DNA of 36,170 nucleotides from a virus. Lineage: Duplodnaviria; Caudoviricetes. A program made the position numbers and the translations under genes. The DNA is taken from positions 1-36,170 of IMG/VR virus record IMGVR_UViG_3300016649_000229, one strand, 5' to 3'. The notes below the pieces were generated by a model, which was not told the DNA's origin, made no database searches, and saw only the letters and a list, made by a program, of their open reading frames with translations. This document shows positions 9,563-18,860 of the stretch, piece after piece. Position 1 is the first letter of the stretch, and each line of letters starts with the position of its first letter.

Positions 9563-12559
9563 ATGGCTAATATTAGAGTACTAGACAATAAAAGTGGAAA
9601 ACCTGTAGAAGGGGTTACCGTAGATAACTTAAAGAACTATTTCAATAACCCAGCATACTCTATAGATGGAAATTCTTTAATACCCGTAGAGTCTCAAGGT
9701 AAGCAAGATGTAATCCCAGTAAGTCAGTTCAACCCAGACACCATGAAACTTAAGGATTCTAATTATCAAAGTCCTTATGAGAAATACAATAGCGTAAGTG
9801 CGCAAGCTCAAAATATAGGGAGACAAGCGGCCAATGCCTTGACTCTAGGTGGCTATGCTGCAGTGGCAGATAGGTTTAAATCTGATGAAGAGCTTCAAGA
9901 CGCTAAGTTGAGGGAAGCTTTTAACCCTATTTCAACTTTTGTAGGACAAACTTTACCTTATGCTATCCCAGTAGCAGGGGAGGCATTGGGGGCTTTGAAA
10001 GCAGGGACAACTGCTTTAAGGCTAGGGGAAATAGCAGCGGCTGGTATGCAATCAGGTGTTGCTAAGTCTGTAGCTACTGCAGCTATTGATGGCGCAGCCC
10101 AAGGTTTTACTACAGGAATTAACGAAGCTAGTTTAGATAATAATCTAACTAGGGAGAACCTATCAAATGTGCTTTTTAGTACCCTTCTTGGGGGTGGTGC
10201 TGGTGCTGCTGTTGGTGGAGTGGTCGGAGGAATAAGTAAAGCTAGTTCTTTGTACAAAGGGATTGGAGAAAAACTTGGTTCTGGTGAACCGATACCTACA
10301 GGTACAAAGTTTACTGATGATTTAGCTAAATCCCTTGATTCTCACTCTGCAACAGAGACCCAGCTATCACAGAGACAAGCAAACTTACAATCTTTGGCAA
10401 ACTTATCAGAACAAATAGAATTAGGTGCCAAGCAATCTGCAATGGGTATTAATCCATCATCTGACCATGCCGTAAAGTCTGAGTTATTTGCTGGCTTAGC
10501 GGCCAATCCTAAGTTATTAGATGATATTGTTAATGGGAAAATGGATGCACAGCAATTCTTTGACAATGCAACTAGGTACAAGGAGTTATCAAGAAAAGCT
10601 GGACAGCTTCAAGGGATGAGTGAGTCTAACCCTAGAAACATGATAGCCACTCAACTAAATGACGATGTATCTTCAGTTCAAAGCTTAGTTAAAGAATTTA
10701 ACAAGGCAAGTATAGAGCATGAGAAAATTAAGATTGCGGAAAACGTGGAATCTAGGATACCTCAAAACTGGTCTGAGGGTATGTATAATTCCATATACTC
10801 TGCAGATGAGTCTGTACATAATCAATTTCTAAAAACATTGGATTCCTACGCCACAGACCAAGGTGTGTTTAATAGGCTTAAATCTGTTTACCCAAATGCT
10901 TCTTATGAAACTATAGAGTCATTAGTTAAATCGGAAAAGTCTCTATATGATTCTAAGTTACTAGGTTATTTTAAAGCAGGTGTGCTTAAAGAAGGTGCTA
11001 AGCTAGAAAACATCATAGAACCTAAGATTAATGACTTCTATACATACCTTGACCAATCTTTAACTAGTTTAGATAAGGCATGGGCTGATTATAAAGCTAG
11101 TTTACCACTAGGCTCTATGCCAAGTAAAAACGAAGTGGAATTGTACAGAATATTGAAACAGCCATTCTATGACCAAATTAGTAACCCAGAAGCAGCTAAT
11201 TGGTTTAGCAAAGAGGCTATTAGTAGAGCACAAACTAAAAGAATAAGAGCAGAATTAATAGACGCAACTAACGATGTTAAGAAGTTAATAGGTCAAAAAG
11301 GTGGGGATACCATAGACTTAAAGAAACTTGGAAAATTAAGAAGCTTAGGGATGGGGCAAGGTAACCCAGAAGTTGCTAGGCTAGCTCCAGAAGTATTAGG
11401 TAGGTACTCTGATACTGTGAAAGCGTTGATTCCTAAAATGCAAGAAGTATACTCTGAACTTGATGGTGCAAGTCTCAATGAAATAGTAAAAAGAGCTGAT
11501 TCTATAAAACAAAACTTAAACGATATTTACCTTGTAAATAATAAAAGAGTTACAGACCACTGGAAAGCTACAGAAAATGGCGCAAATGCTGCAATAGGAC
11601 ATGGTGTGAGTACTAAGACAAGATTGATTAGGATGGCTCATGACCTAGCAGAAGGGAATATACTTTATGCTAAAATGCAAGGTATAGGATTACTTACTGA
11701 CAAGTTATCAAGCAAAGTACTAGACGCACTTGGTAAATCAAAGACCCCTCAAGAAGTTATTGTCAGAAGAGTCGAAGCACTAAAAGCTATAAGCAAGGGC
11801 AACAAAGGACTAATGGACAAGGTGTCAGAGATAGGGAAAAAATTAGTTACTGTAAAAGCCACTGGACAAGGAGCATTGGCTAGTTCAGTAGCAAACAATT
11901 TACCTTGGTCAGTGAGACACAGAACCGATAAGTCGAGTCACGAGGAACTAAATAAAAAGTACGAAGAAGCAGTAAAAAATGTAAATGACTTGGTAACAAA
12001 GACAGGAGAAAGACTTAATCAGCTAGACGCTCAAATGAAGGGTATTGGTGTACTAGCACCTAATTTATATCAGCAATTGCAACAAGATATTTTACAAAAA
12101 GCTGGGATATTGACTAGGTCTCTTCCTTTACAAAGCCCAACTACCTATGGCAAGTCACCACTGACTATGACCGAGAAAGCTCACTTCATTGACCAGGTGG
12201 AAGCAGGTACTGACCCTCATAAAATGCTAGATTTAATGGGACAAGGTACAATAACACCCAGTCAACTAAGTACCTTCCAATCCGTCTATCCTTATATATT
12301 TTCTAAGTTAAAAGATAGTGCCCTAATGGAAGTAAGTACAAGTAAAAACCCAATTTCCTCGGTTCAAAAAGCTAGGATTTATGGAATATTCGGTATTCCT
12401 ACTTCCCCTGTGGTAAGTGCAGATAACTTAATGAAAGAATTCATGGCACAACAACAAATGAGCCAGCAAGCTCCTAAAACCCAGCAACAACCTCTAAGAA
12501 CTTCAGGTGCTCAAAAAATGAGCTTATCAGAGAATTATCAAAGGTCAGGCAAGCCCTAA
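9563..12559 (+). CDS. Large internal virion / DNA ejection protein
   Basis: ~998 aa, Gly/Ala-rich membrane-like segments in N-terminal quarter, helical remainder; aaggag RBS before ATG 9563. Confidence 0.6.
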   Translation: MANIRVLDNKSGKPVEGVTVDNLKNYFNNPAYSIDGNSLIPVESQGKQDVIPVSQFNPDTMKLKDSNYQSPYEKYNSVSAQAQNIGRQAANALTLGGYAAVADRFKSDEELQDAKLREAFNPISTFVGQTLPYAIPVAGEALGALKAGTTALRLGEIAAAGMQSGVAKSVATAAIDGAAQGFTTGINEASLDNNLTRENLSNVLFSTLLGGGAGAAVGGVVGGISKASSLYKGIGEKLGSGEPIPTGTKFTDDLAKSLDSHSATETQLSQRQANLQSLANLSEQIELGAKQSAMGINPSSDHAVKSELFAGLAANPKLLDDIVNGKMDAQQFFDNATRYKELSRKAGQLQGMSESNPRNMIATQLNDDVSSVQSLVKEFNKASIEHEKIKIAENVESRIPQNWSEGMYNSIYSADESVHNQFLKTLDSYATDQGVFNRLKSVYPNASYETIESLVKSEKSLYDSKLLGYFKAGVLKEGAKLENIIEPKINDFYTYLDQSLTSLDKAWADYKASLPLGSMPSKNEVELYRILKQPFYDQISNPEAANWFSKEAISRAQTKRIRAELIDATNDVKKLIGQKGGDTIDLKKLGKLRSLGMGQGNPEVARLAPEVLGRYSDTVKALIPKMQEVYSELDGASLNEIVKRADSIKQNLNDIYLVNNKRVTDHWKATENGANAAIGHGVSTKTRLIRMAHDLAEGNILYAKMQGIGLLTDKLSSKVLDALGKSKTPQEVIVRRVEALKAISKGNKGLMDKVSEIGKKLVTVKATGQGALASSVANNLPWSVRHRTDKSSHEELNKKYEEAVKNVNDLVTKTGERLNQLDAQMKGIGVLAPNLYQQLQQDILQKAGILTRSLPLQSPTTYGKSPLTMTEKAHFIDQVEAGTDPHKMLDLMGQGTITPSQLSTFQSVYPYIFSKLKDSALMEVSTSKNPISSVQKARIYGIFGIPTSPVVSADNLMKEFMAQQQMSQQAPKTQQQPLRTSGAQKMSLSENYQRSGKP

Positions 12560-12830
12560 GTTACCGCCTCTCAAAATTTTCATGGTTTTGAAACTTTGTA
12601 GACCTCTGTATTCTCTTTTTTTAATTTAATTCTTCAAGGTAGAAAAACATGAGAGGCATGAGAGGCGAGCTTCAAAAACCTTGATTTTAGCTAATAACTT
12701 TAATTTGAACCATGAGAGATTTGCGCTATTTGTTGATAAGAGGTCATGAGAGGTCAAAGTTTTCCTTATTTACCAATATCCAAGTTGTTACCTTAGTTTT
12801 CAAAAAACATTAATTTGATGAGAGGTGACT
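12559..12830. repeat. Iteron-rich element A (inverted copy of 29836-30101); candidate origin or recombination site
   Basis: Matches the reverse complement of 29836-30101 with perfect tracts of ~34, 40 and 30 bp; multiple (T)GAGAGG motifs. Confidence 0.92.
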
Positions 12831-12858
12831 CTAAATGAAAATATTGAAACCCAGTTTG

Positions 12859-12886
12859 CAAAGTACAAAAAACTTACATATAAAAA
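12859..12886 (+). repeat. 28-bp direct repeat, copy 1
   Basis: caaagtacaaaaaacttacatataaaaa identical to 13344-13371; imperfect similarity extends to ~55 bp. Confidence 0.9.
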
Positions 12887-13343
12887 ATTTTCATTTGATT
12901 CCAAAGACGTAGAAGTACAAGTAGATGAACAAGGTAAACCTTGGTTTAAGGCTAACAACGTTTGTAGTTGTTTAGGTTACGAGGGTAATTTTAGAGACGC
13001 TGTTATTAGACATGTGGACACAGAGGACGTCGTGAAACGCGACACCCTTACAAAGGGAGGAGTTCAACAAACTAACTTTGTTAATGAGTCTGGTCTCTAT
13101 TCACTTATCCTAGGTTCTAAGTTAGAAGGTGCTAAGTTTACTGAGAAAAGACATGCTGATGTAATAAGAAGTATAGAAAGTTTGATTAAATCAGGTAAAT
13201 TCTCAGAATCCAATTTTGAATTGTCAACTTATCAAGGTAAGAGAAGGGAGGAAAAGGTTTATATCTTAGATGAGACCTTTACCACAGTGTTGCTGATGGG
13301 TCTTACTGGTGAATACAAAGTAAACTCAGAAAAACCTAATTTT

Positions 13344-13371
13344 CAAAGTACAAAAAACTTACATATAAAAA
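13344..13371 (+). repeat. 28-bp direct repeat, copy 2
   Basis: Identical to 12859-12886. Confidence 0.9.
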
Positions 13372-13410
13372 TTTTTATTAGATTAACTAGTGGCTATAAA
13401 AATCTTTGAT

Positions 13411-13439
13411 TTGACAAAGTTATAGAATTTCAATATAAA
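13411..13439 (+). promoter_or_regulatory. Sigma70-type promoter for rha-helicase-polA
   Basis: TTGACA-17 nt-TATAAA, 62 nt upstream of rha ATG. Confidence 0.8.
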
Positions 13440-13501
13440 AGAAAAGTACCCAGTTACGTGGTGTTAACTGAGTACCAAACAATCTATCATAAGGATATAA
13501 T

Positions 13502-14218
13502 ATGAGTACCATATCATTAGTCTCATTGCAAGTTATTTCTTCCAACTCAGTCCCAGCTACTACAAGTTTAGAAATTGCTAAGTTCACAGGTAAAGAGCAT
13601 AAACACGTCTTAAGAGATATTGAAACCCTTATAGAGTCTCAAAAATTAGATCAGTCCAATTTTGGGCTGATCTCTTACGAAGACTCCTATGGTAGAAAAC
13701 AGAAGGCTTACGTATTAGACGAGACTTTCACAACCGTGTTATTAATGGGTTTCACTGGTGATAAGGCATTAGATTGGAAGCTAGTATATACCAAAGAATT
13801 CCAAGCGATGAGAGAGAATCTTACTAAGCCTAAAGAACAACTTGAGACTACTTTCAATACCTATATGTGCATTGCGGAGAGACTAGGTCTTAAGAATGAG
13901 CAAGCTGCAATCCATGCCAACTACGCTATGAAGAAGTTGCATAACACAGATGTATTAGCTCTCATAGAATACAAAGTAGAAACTAAGGTATCTAAGAGCC
14001 TCACAGACTGGTTACAAGGTACGGGGATATCAGCTAGGAAAGCTAACTTATTACTTTGTGAATATGGTTACTTAGAAGGCACAACTGGCAATTGGAAATT
14101 AGTTGACAAGGGTTCCAAACTTGGTAAAGTAGTATCTCAAGAAGCTAATGGCAAAATGAGATCTAGTATTGAGTGGTACGAGGAAGTAATCGAAGTTGTT
14201 AAGGCACTTAATAGATAG
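13502..14218 (+). CDS. rha: Rha-family phage regulatory protein with antirepressor (KilAC-like) C-terminal domain
   Basis: 'TTSLEIAKFTGKEHKHVLRDIE...LLMGFTGDKALDWKL.Y..EF..M' Rha signature; C-terminal 'ISARKANLLL...GYL'. Confidence 0.88.
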   Translation: MSTISLVSLQVISSNSVPATTSLEIAKFTGKEHKHVLRDIETLIESQKLDQSNFGLISYEDSYGRKQKAYVLDETFTTVLLMGFTGDKALDWKLVYTKEFQAMRENLTKPKEQLETTFNTYMCIAERLGLKNEQAAIHANYAMKKLHNTDVLALIEYKVETKVSKSLTDWLQGTGISARKANLLLCEYGYLEGTTGNWKLVDKGSKLGKVVSQEANGKMRSSIEWYEEVIEVVKALNR

Positions 14219-14224
14219 GTAAAT

Positions 14225-14260
14225 AAAAAACCTCAATGCAGTGTGTGAGTTGCATTGAGG
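14225..14260 (-). terminator. Hairpin between rha and helicase (terminator-like on - strand)
   Basis: cctcaatgca-10 nt-tgcattgagg perfect 10-bp stem preceded by A6. Confidence 0.55.
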
Positions 14261-14303
14261 CAAAGGAGAGTGTGAGTTCACTACTATAAGGAGAGTAATA
14301 CAA

Positions 14304-15893
14304 ATGAGTATCATTAAGCAAGTTGAAGAAGCTACTAATTTCAAATTATCATTATCTAAGAAAAACAATGAGTTAGTCGTAAAGGATTCTAATAACAAAG
14401 TTGTTTCAGAGTCTGTTTACTCATCATTTTTTAAGATTCTAGAAAACCAACTACAAGTATCAGACTTGAAAGGTCAGCTAGTAGGTACCTTAGTCAATAA
14501 GAAAGAGTTTGCCAGATATGCAAATGTAATGAAGTATGACGAAGAGTATATTAAGAAGCAAGAAAATGACCCCTTCGTAGTTACTCATATAGGAAGTCCA
14601 AATAGGGGATATAAACTTGGTTATTACCCTTCTGGCCATTACAAAGTAGGTAAGACTTTTCAATCTATTGACTTTAAAATAAAGCAACTAGGACTGCAGA
14701 AAGATGAGTCCCCTAAGTTTGAAATATTTTATGCTCTTGAATCTTATGACCCGTTTTCTAGTGATGTCATTTACTTGGACAGTAACAAAGAAGACTACTA
14801 TTTAAATATGTACAGACCATCAAAGTATATGGAAATTTACAGAGGTTACTATCCAGATATCGAGTTATTACCTATTAACAGATTTTCTGAGTTACCTGAT
14901 GTATTGCAAGCTTTCTTTATTCACTTGTTACCAGATAAAAAAGACAGGGAATATTTGTTACAATGGCTTGCTTGGTCAGTATTTGAACAATGCGAAACAA
15001 TTCCTATATTATTTGGGTCTGGAGGTACAGGTAAAGGGACTTTGACAGGCCTATGGTCTAGGATGTTAGGAGTTAATAACTGGGCACCAATGAACGCAAG
15101 TTCTCTTGAAGGTGAGTTCTCTATGGCTCACTTTGTAAACAAAAGAGGAATTAGCGTAAACGAAGGGCAGATTACTAGTGCGCAACAAATGGAAAACTTG
15201 AAAAACTCTACTGACAGATACATAAGAGTTAATGATAAAAATGAGAAGTTTAAGACGGTTAAAAAGACACATAGTTTGATGTATACTGCAAATTTACTAG
15301 ACGCTATTAAGGGAATAGCTCCAGAAGGAGAAAGAAGATTTAGTTTCTTAGGTGTGACAAATGAAAAGTTACCATATGCTAAAGTAACATTGCCAAATGG
15401 GGAGGTGGTTGTGTTTGATAAAGAAAATCTAGAAAAGCTTAATCCGTCAAAAGATACAGAGGGTGAGGTACATGAAACAACATTTGCTTTATTTAGTTTC
15501 TTAGCTAACTTATATAATTCCTGTAATTTAGACCCAAGTGTTAAAAACGTTGCGCATAACAATAAGCAAAAAACTAGGGAAGTTAGCGAGGCTAGTGCTC
15601 CTCAGTGGTTCATGGATATCATGGAAGACTTGCTACAAAAATGCGAGTGGAAAGAACACCACTTACAAGACGAGTTTAGTGATTATGTAACTGTGGATGA
15701 AATTATAATGATATTTAGGAATCAAAACCCTAAGCCAAAGATTATTCCAAGTATAGCTTCTATAGTTAAGCAATTTAAAGTCAGAGAGAATATACACAAT
15801 GATGTATTGATTAAGAATGGAAAGACTGCTAGACAGACTAGGTTCTATTTCAAAAAAGACTTGTACAAGTCAGTTATGGGAGGTGGTGAATAA
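14304..15893 (+). CDS. SF3 (D5/NrS-1/DUF5906-like) replicative helicase
   Basis: 'YLLQWLAW', Walker A GSGGTGKGT, Walker B 'ISVNE', motif C 'YTAN', arginine finger 'ERRF'. Confidence 0.85.
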   Translation: MSIIKQVEEATNFKLSLSKKNNELVVKDSNNKVVSESVYSSFFKILENQLQVSDLKGQLVGTLVNKKEFARYANVMKYDEEYIKKQENDPFVVTHIGSPNRGYKLGYYPSGHYKVGKTFQSIDFKIKQLGLQKDESPKFEIFYALESYDPFSSDVIYLDSNKEDYYLNMYRPSKYMEIYRGYYPDIELLPINRFSELPDVLQAFFIHLLPDKKDREYLLQWLAWSVFEQCETIPILFGSGGTGKGTLTGLWSRMLGVNNWAPMNASSLEGEFSMAHFVNKRGISVNEGQITSAQQMENLKNSTDRYIRVNDKNEKFKTVKKTHSLMYTANLLDAIKGIAPEGERRFSFLGVTNEKLPYAKVTLPNGEVVVFDKENLEKLNPSKDTEGEVHETTFALFSFLANLYNSCNLDPSVKNVAHNNKQKTREVSEASAPQWFMDIMEDLLQKCEWKEHHLQDEFSDYVTVDEIIMIFRNQNPKPKIIPSIASIVKQFKVRENIHNDVLIKNGKTARQTRFYFKKDLYKSVMGGGE

Positions 15894-17773
15894 TGCCTAT
15901 CACTTATTTAGACTTTGAATATAAATACGACGAAGTACTAGGTAGATTTAATATTATCTGCTTAGTAGCTGAAAGGAATTCTAGTGTATTTGAAACATTT
16001 GATACAGAAGAAATGAAAACATATTTTTTAGATAAGCAAGATGATCTATTTATTTCTTGGAATGTTAGCGGTGCAGAGGCTAAAGTAATGTGTCAATTAA
16101 TGGGTAGGGACTTTGTACTAGGGACAAATTGGGTTGACCTATGGACTGAGTTTAAGATGTTGTGCCTAACCCATCCAAAGTACTTTTCTCAAAAAACTGG
16201 CCTATTAGCTGGAATAGAAACACTTGGGTTAAAAGACGAATACAAAGCAGACAAGGGAGAAACCCTTAAGATAATATTAGAAAATGACACTTACACAGAG
16301 GAACAAAAGAAAAGTATTATATTTTATTGTAAAGAAGATGTTTTGGTATTATCCAAGATAGCTAAAAAGCTTGGTGAAAAGTTTAAAAAGTACGATGTGA
16401 AATTAGAAGAAAGGATATCTAGGGGTAATCACTGTAGGAATGTGGCAGTGTCCCAATTCTTTGGTAATGGGTTCCCTGTAGATATTGAATTTGTGAATAA
16501 GGTATTTGAGAATAGGGACAAGATTAAAGCTGCTATATCCGACAAGTGCAATGAATTATCTGGGTTTGAGTTATATAAAAAGAATTACAAAGGTAAAAAG
16601 AATGCTAAAGTTTTTACAAAGCATACATTTAACTTTGAAAACTTTGAGATGTACTTAAAAGAAAAGAACTTGCTAAATAGGTGGAAACGTACAGAGGCAG
16701 GGAGATTACAAACTGACGAAGATTACATGAGTGAGATGGTGTCTTCGTATAAAGAAACTTTAGCTCCTTTGTATCATGCTAGAAATAGTTTAAAGCAATT
16801 AAGTTCTACAGACCTTTCTAAATTAATGAGTAGCGAAGGATATATTAAAGGTGACTACTGGCCATTCAATCAAAAGACTTCTAGGACTAGCCCTAAGCCA
16901 GCTTTGGGGTTCCTATTAAATCTTAGCCCATGGCTCCGTATGATGATTAAACCAAAGAAAGGTAGGGCTTTTGTTGGAATAGACTTTAAGAGTCAAGAGG
17001 TATTAGTGGCTGCAGCTCTGGCTAAAGACTATGCAATGCTAGAAGATTATTTAACTGATATCTATATAGGGCAAGCAGTAAAAACTGGATTCTTACCACA
17101 TGGGGCAAATAAAGATACTCATAAGCCACAAAGAACGGCTTTTAAACCTATTGTCTTAGGTACTCAATTTGGAATGCAAGCTAATAGCTTAAGTATTCAT
17201 TTTTACAATTACTGGAAAGATTTAGGGCAAGAAAAGTCTATGGAGAAGTGCTTGATAGACGCTGAAAGATTTTTGATGAAACTTAAGAAAGCCTATTACA
17301 AATATTACAACTACTTAGACAACATGATTATAAAAACAAAGTCTAAAGGTGCTTATAAACTTAGTTCTGGGTATATTTATTTTTGTGACCAGTACACTAG
17401 GCCAACTCAGTTACAAAATGTACCCTGCCAAGGTAATGGTGCAGATATGATGAGGTACGCTTTTGATAGGTGCGTAGAAAATGGAATCAATGTTATCCCC
17501 CTCCACGACGCTTTGTATTTTGAATGCTCAGAATCAGAAGCTATTGAGTTGTCTAAGAAAGTAAGTAAATATATGGTTGACGCAAGTGTCTTTGTACTTG
17601 GTGAGGAATTTGGAAAACATATGAGTACCGAGACACAAATATTTACTAATGACAAACCTTACTATGACCCTCGTGGAGAAGAGATGTATAGAACGGTGTC
17701 AAAAGAATTAGGGTTTTCTTGCCCTGATAAATTCATAAAACCTAAAGAGATTCCTAATATCCACCTTGCCTAG
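15893..17773 (+). CDS. polA: DNA polymerase family A with 3'-5' exonuclease
   Basis: ExoI 'LDFE', ExoIII 'YCKED', motif A 'IDFKSQE', motif B 'RTAFKPIVLGTQFG', motif C 'LHDAL'; TAATG coupling to helicase. Confidence 0.92.
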   Translation: MPITYLDFEYKYDEVLGRFNIICLVAERNSSVFETFDTEEMKTYFLDKQDDLFISWNVSGAEAKVMCQLMGRDFVLGTNWVDLWTEFKMLCLTHPKYFSQKTGLLAGIETLGLKDEYKADKGETLKIILENDTYTEEQKKSIIFYCKEDVLVLSKIAKKLGEKFKKYDVKLEERISRGNHCRNVAVSQFFGNGFPVDIEFVNKVFENRDKIKAAISDKCNELSGFELYKKNYKGKKNAKVFTKHTFNFENFEMYLKEKNLLNRWKRTEAGRLQTDEDYMSEMVSSYKETLAPLYHARNSLKQLSSTDLSKLMSSEGYIKGDYWPFNQKTSRTSPKPALGFLLNLSPWLRMMIKPKKGRAFVGIDFKSQEVLVAAALAKDYAMLEDYLTDIYIGQAVKTGFLPHGANKDTHKPQRTAFKPIVLGTQFGMQANSLSIHFYNYWKDLGQEKSMEKCLIDAERFLMKLKKAYYKYYNYLDNMIIKTKSKGAYKLSSGYIYFCDQYTRPTQLQNVPCQGNGADMMRYAFDRCVENGINVIPLHDALYFECSESEAIELSKKVSKYMVDASVFVLGEEFGKHMSTETQIFTNDKPYYDPRGEEMYRTVSKELGFSCPDKFIKPKEIPNIHLA

Positions 17774-17864
17774 TCTCAACTCATTTGCTAGCCTATCCTT
17801 ATAGAACCTGCCTAAAAAACCTACACCTAGGTTATTAAAATTAAGTTCTCGATGGAGGCTACAA

Positions 17865-18239
17865 ATGAGTATTAAATTTACTGGTTCCAATCCTTTAGCA
17901 ACAAATCAATCAGCGGCTGCTGACTTTATATCAAGACCTGTTTTAATGGGTATGTTAAATATAATTACTTTTGATGTTGAATTTACAGGGTCTTTCACAG
18001 GTAATTTTTATGTAGAAGCTACCAATAGAGACCAAACAATGGTACAACAACCTTTACAACCTGATACTGGAATATGGAAGCAACTTGCAACTATTGCAGT
18101 GACTAATGGTCAGTCTTCTGGGAACAATTATTGGTGGGCTGAGGTACTTACAGGTGCAAGGTGGGTAAGATTTAGATACGCATTTACCTCTGGAACTGGT
18201 TCATTTTCTTGTTTATCATTTGCTAAATCATATGGGTAA
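17865..18239 (+). CDS. Small beta-sandwich virion protein
   Basis: ggagg RBS; 'FYVEATN...WKQL...ARWVRFRY' pattern; heads the fibre cluster. Confidence 0.5.
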   Translation: MSIKFTGSNPLATNQSAAADFISRPVLMGMLNIITFDVEFTGSFTGNFYVEATNRDQTMVQQPLQPDTGIWKQLATIAVTNGQSSGNNYWWAEVLTGARWVRFRYAFTSGTGSFSCLSFAKSYG

Positions 18240-18248
18240 GGAACAATT

Positions 18249-18860
18249 ATGCCTATTACTTTTTTTCCCCCAAGTGGCGGAGGGGCTGACCCTTCTTCTA
18301 ATGTAGACATTACAGGGTCTTGGACTATTCACGACCCTGTAAATCCAACGGATATCGCTAACAAGCAATACGTAGACAGTGCTATATCTGTGTTAACAGC
18401 TTGGAACTCTTCTACTCCGTACGCTGTAGGGAATTTAGTGTATTATAACAATGCTATTTGGGAATGTAGAGTAATAAACGTAGATTCGGATCCCAGCATA
18501 ACTAATAATAATTGGAGGATGATGAGTAACCTAGATTCCACCCAAAATTGTGTTTTTACTGGTTCCGTTATAACTTCGCCTACGTATAACTTCCCATCTT
18601 CACAATCCGCCGTAATTTTTGATACATCATCTAATGAAATTACAGTAACTATGCCAACAATAACTAATATATCCAGTACTGATACTGTTAATAAAATTCA
18701 ATGGTTTAGATTTTTGAAAACAGGCCAATTTCATGCTTTGACAATAAATTTAAGTGGGTCAGACACTTTTTTAGACAGTACTACAAACTGGAGAATACCC
18801 TCCCCTGGTCTTTATTCTATATATGCTATATTTTCAACTACAAAATGGAGTAAAGGGTAA
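18249..18860 (+). CDS. Fibre-associated protein with CBM5/12-like carbohydrate-binding module
   Basis: 'DIANKQYVD' fibre motif, 'AWNSSTPYAVGNLVYYNNAIWEC' CBM-like motif. Confidence 0.6.
   Translation: MPITFFPPSGGGADPSSNVDITGSWTIHDPVNPTDIANKQYVDSAISVLTAWNSSTPYAVGNLVYYNNAIWECRVINVDSDPSITNNNWRMMSNLDSTQNCVFTGSVITSPTYNFPSSQSAVIFDTSSNEITVTMPTITNISSTDTVNKIQWFRFLKTGQFHALTINLSGSDTFLDSTTNWRIPSPGLYSIYAIFSTTKWSKG

Larger units (their letters stand above)
12825..13409 (+). pseudogene. BRO-N / Rha chimeric ORF, probably a truncated relic
   Basis: BRO-N ('GKPWFKANNVCSCLGY...FVNESGLYSLILGSKL') fused to a Rha fragment paralogous to 13502 ORF; GTG start inside element A with no clear RBS; bracketed by direct repeats. 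Confidence 0.55.

Noticed and set aside
9958-11478. Antisense ORFs within long genes (also 3958, 5869, 15128, 17407, 33318, 35188 etc.)
   Set aside because: Shadow ORFs opposite well-supported genes, with no RBS or motifs.
12640-12830. GAGAGG repeats as a CRISPR array
   Set aside because: Repeats are only 7-10 bp, irregularly spaced, with no cas genes.
3524-17773. Stop-codon reassignment, introns or inteins
   Set aside because: Long genes are intact under the standard code with dense packing; helicase, PolA and TerL have normal lengths.
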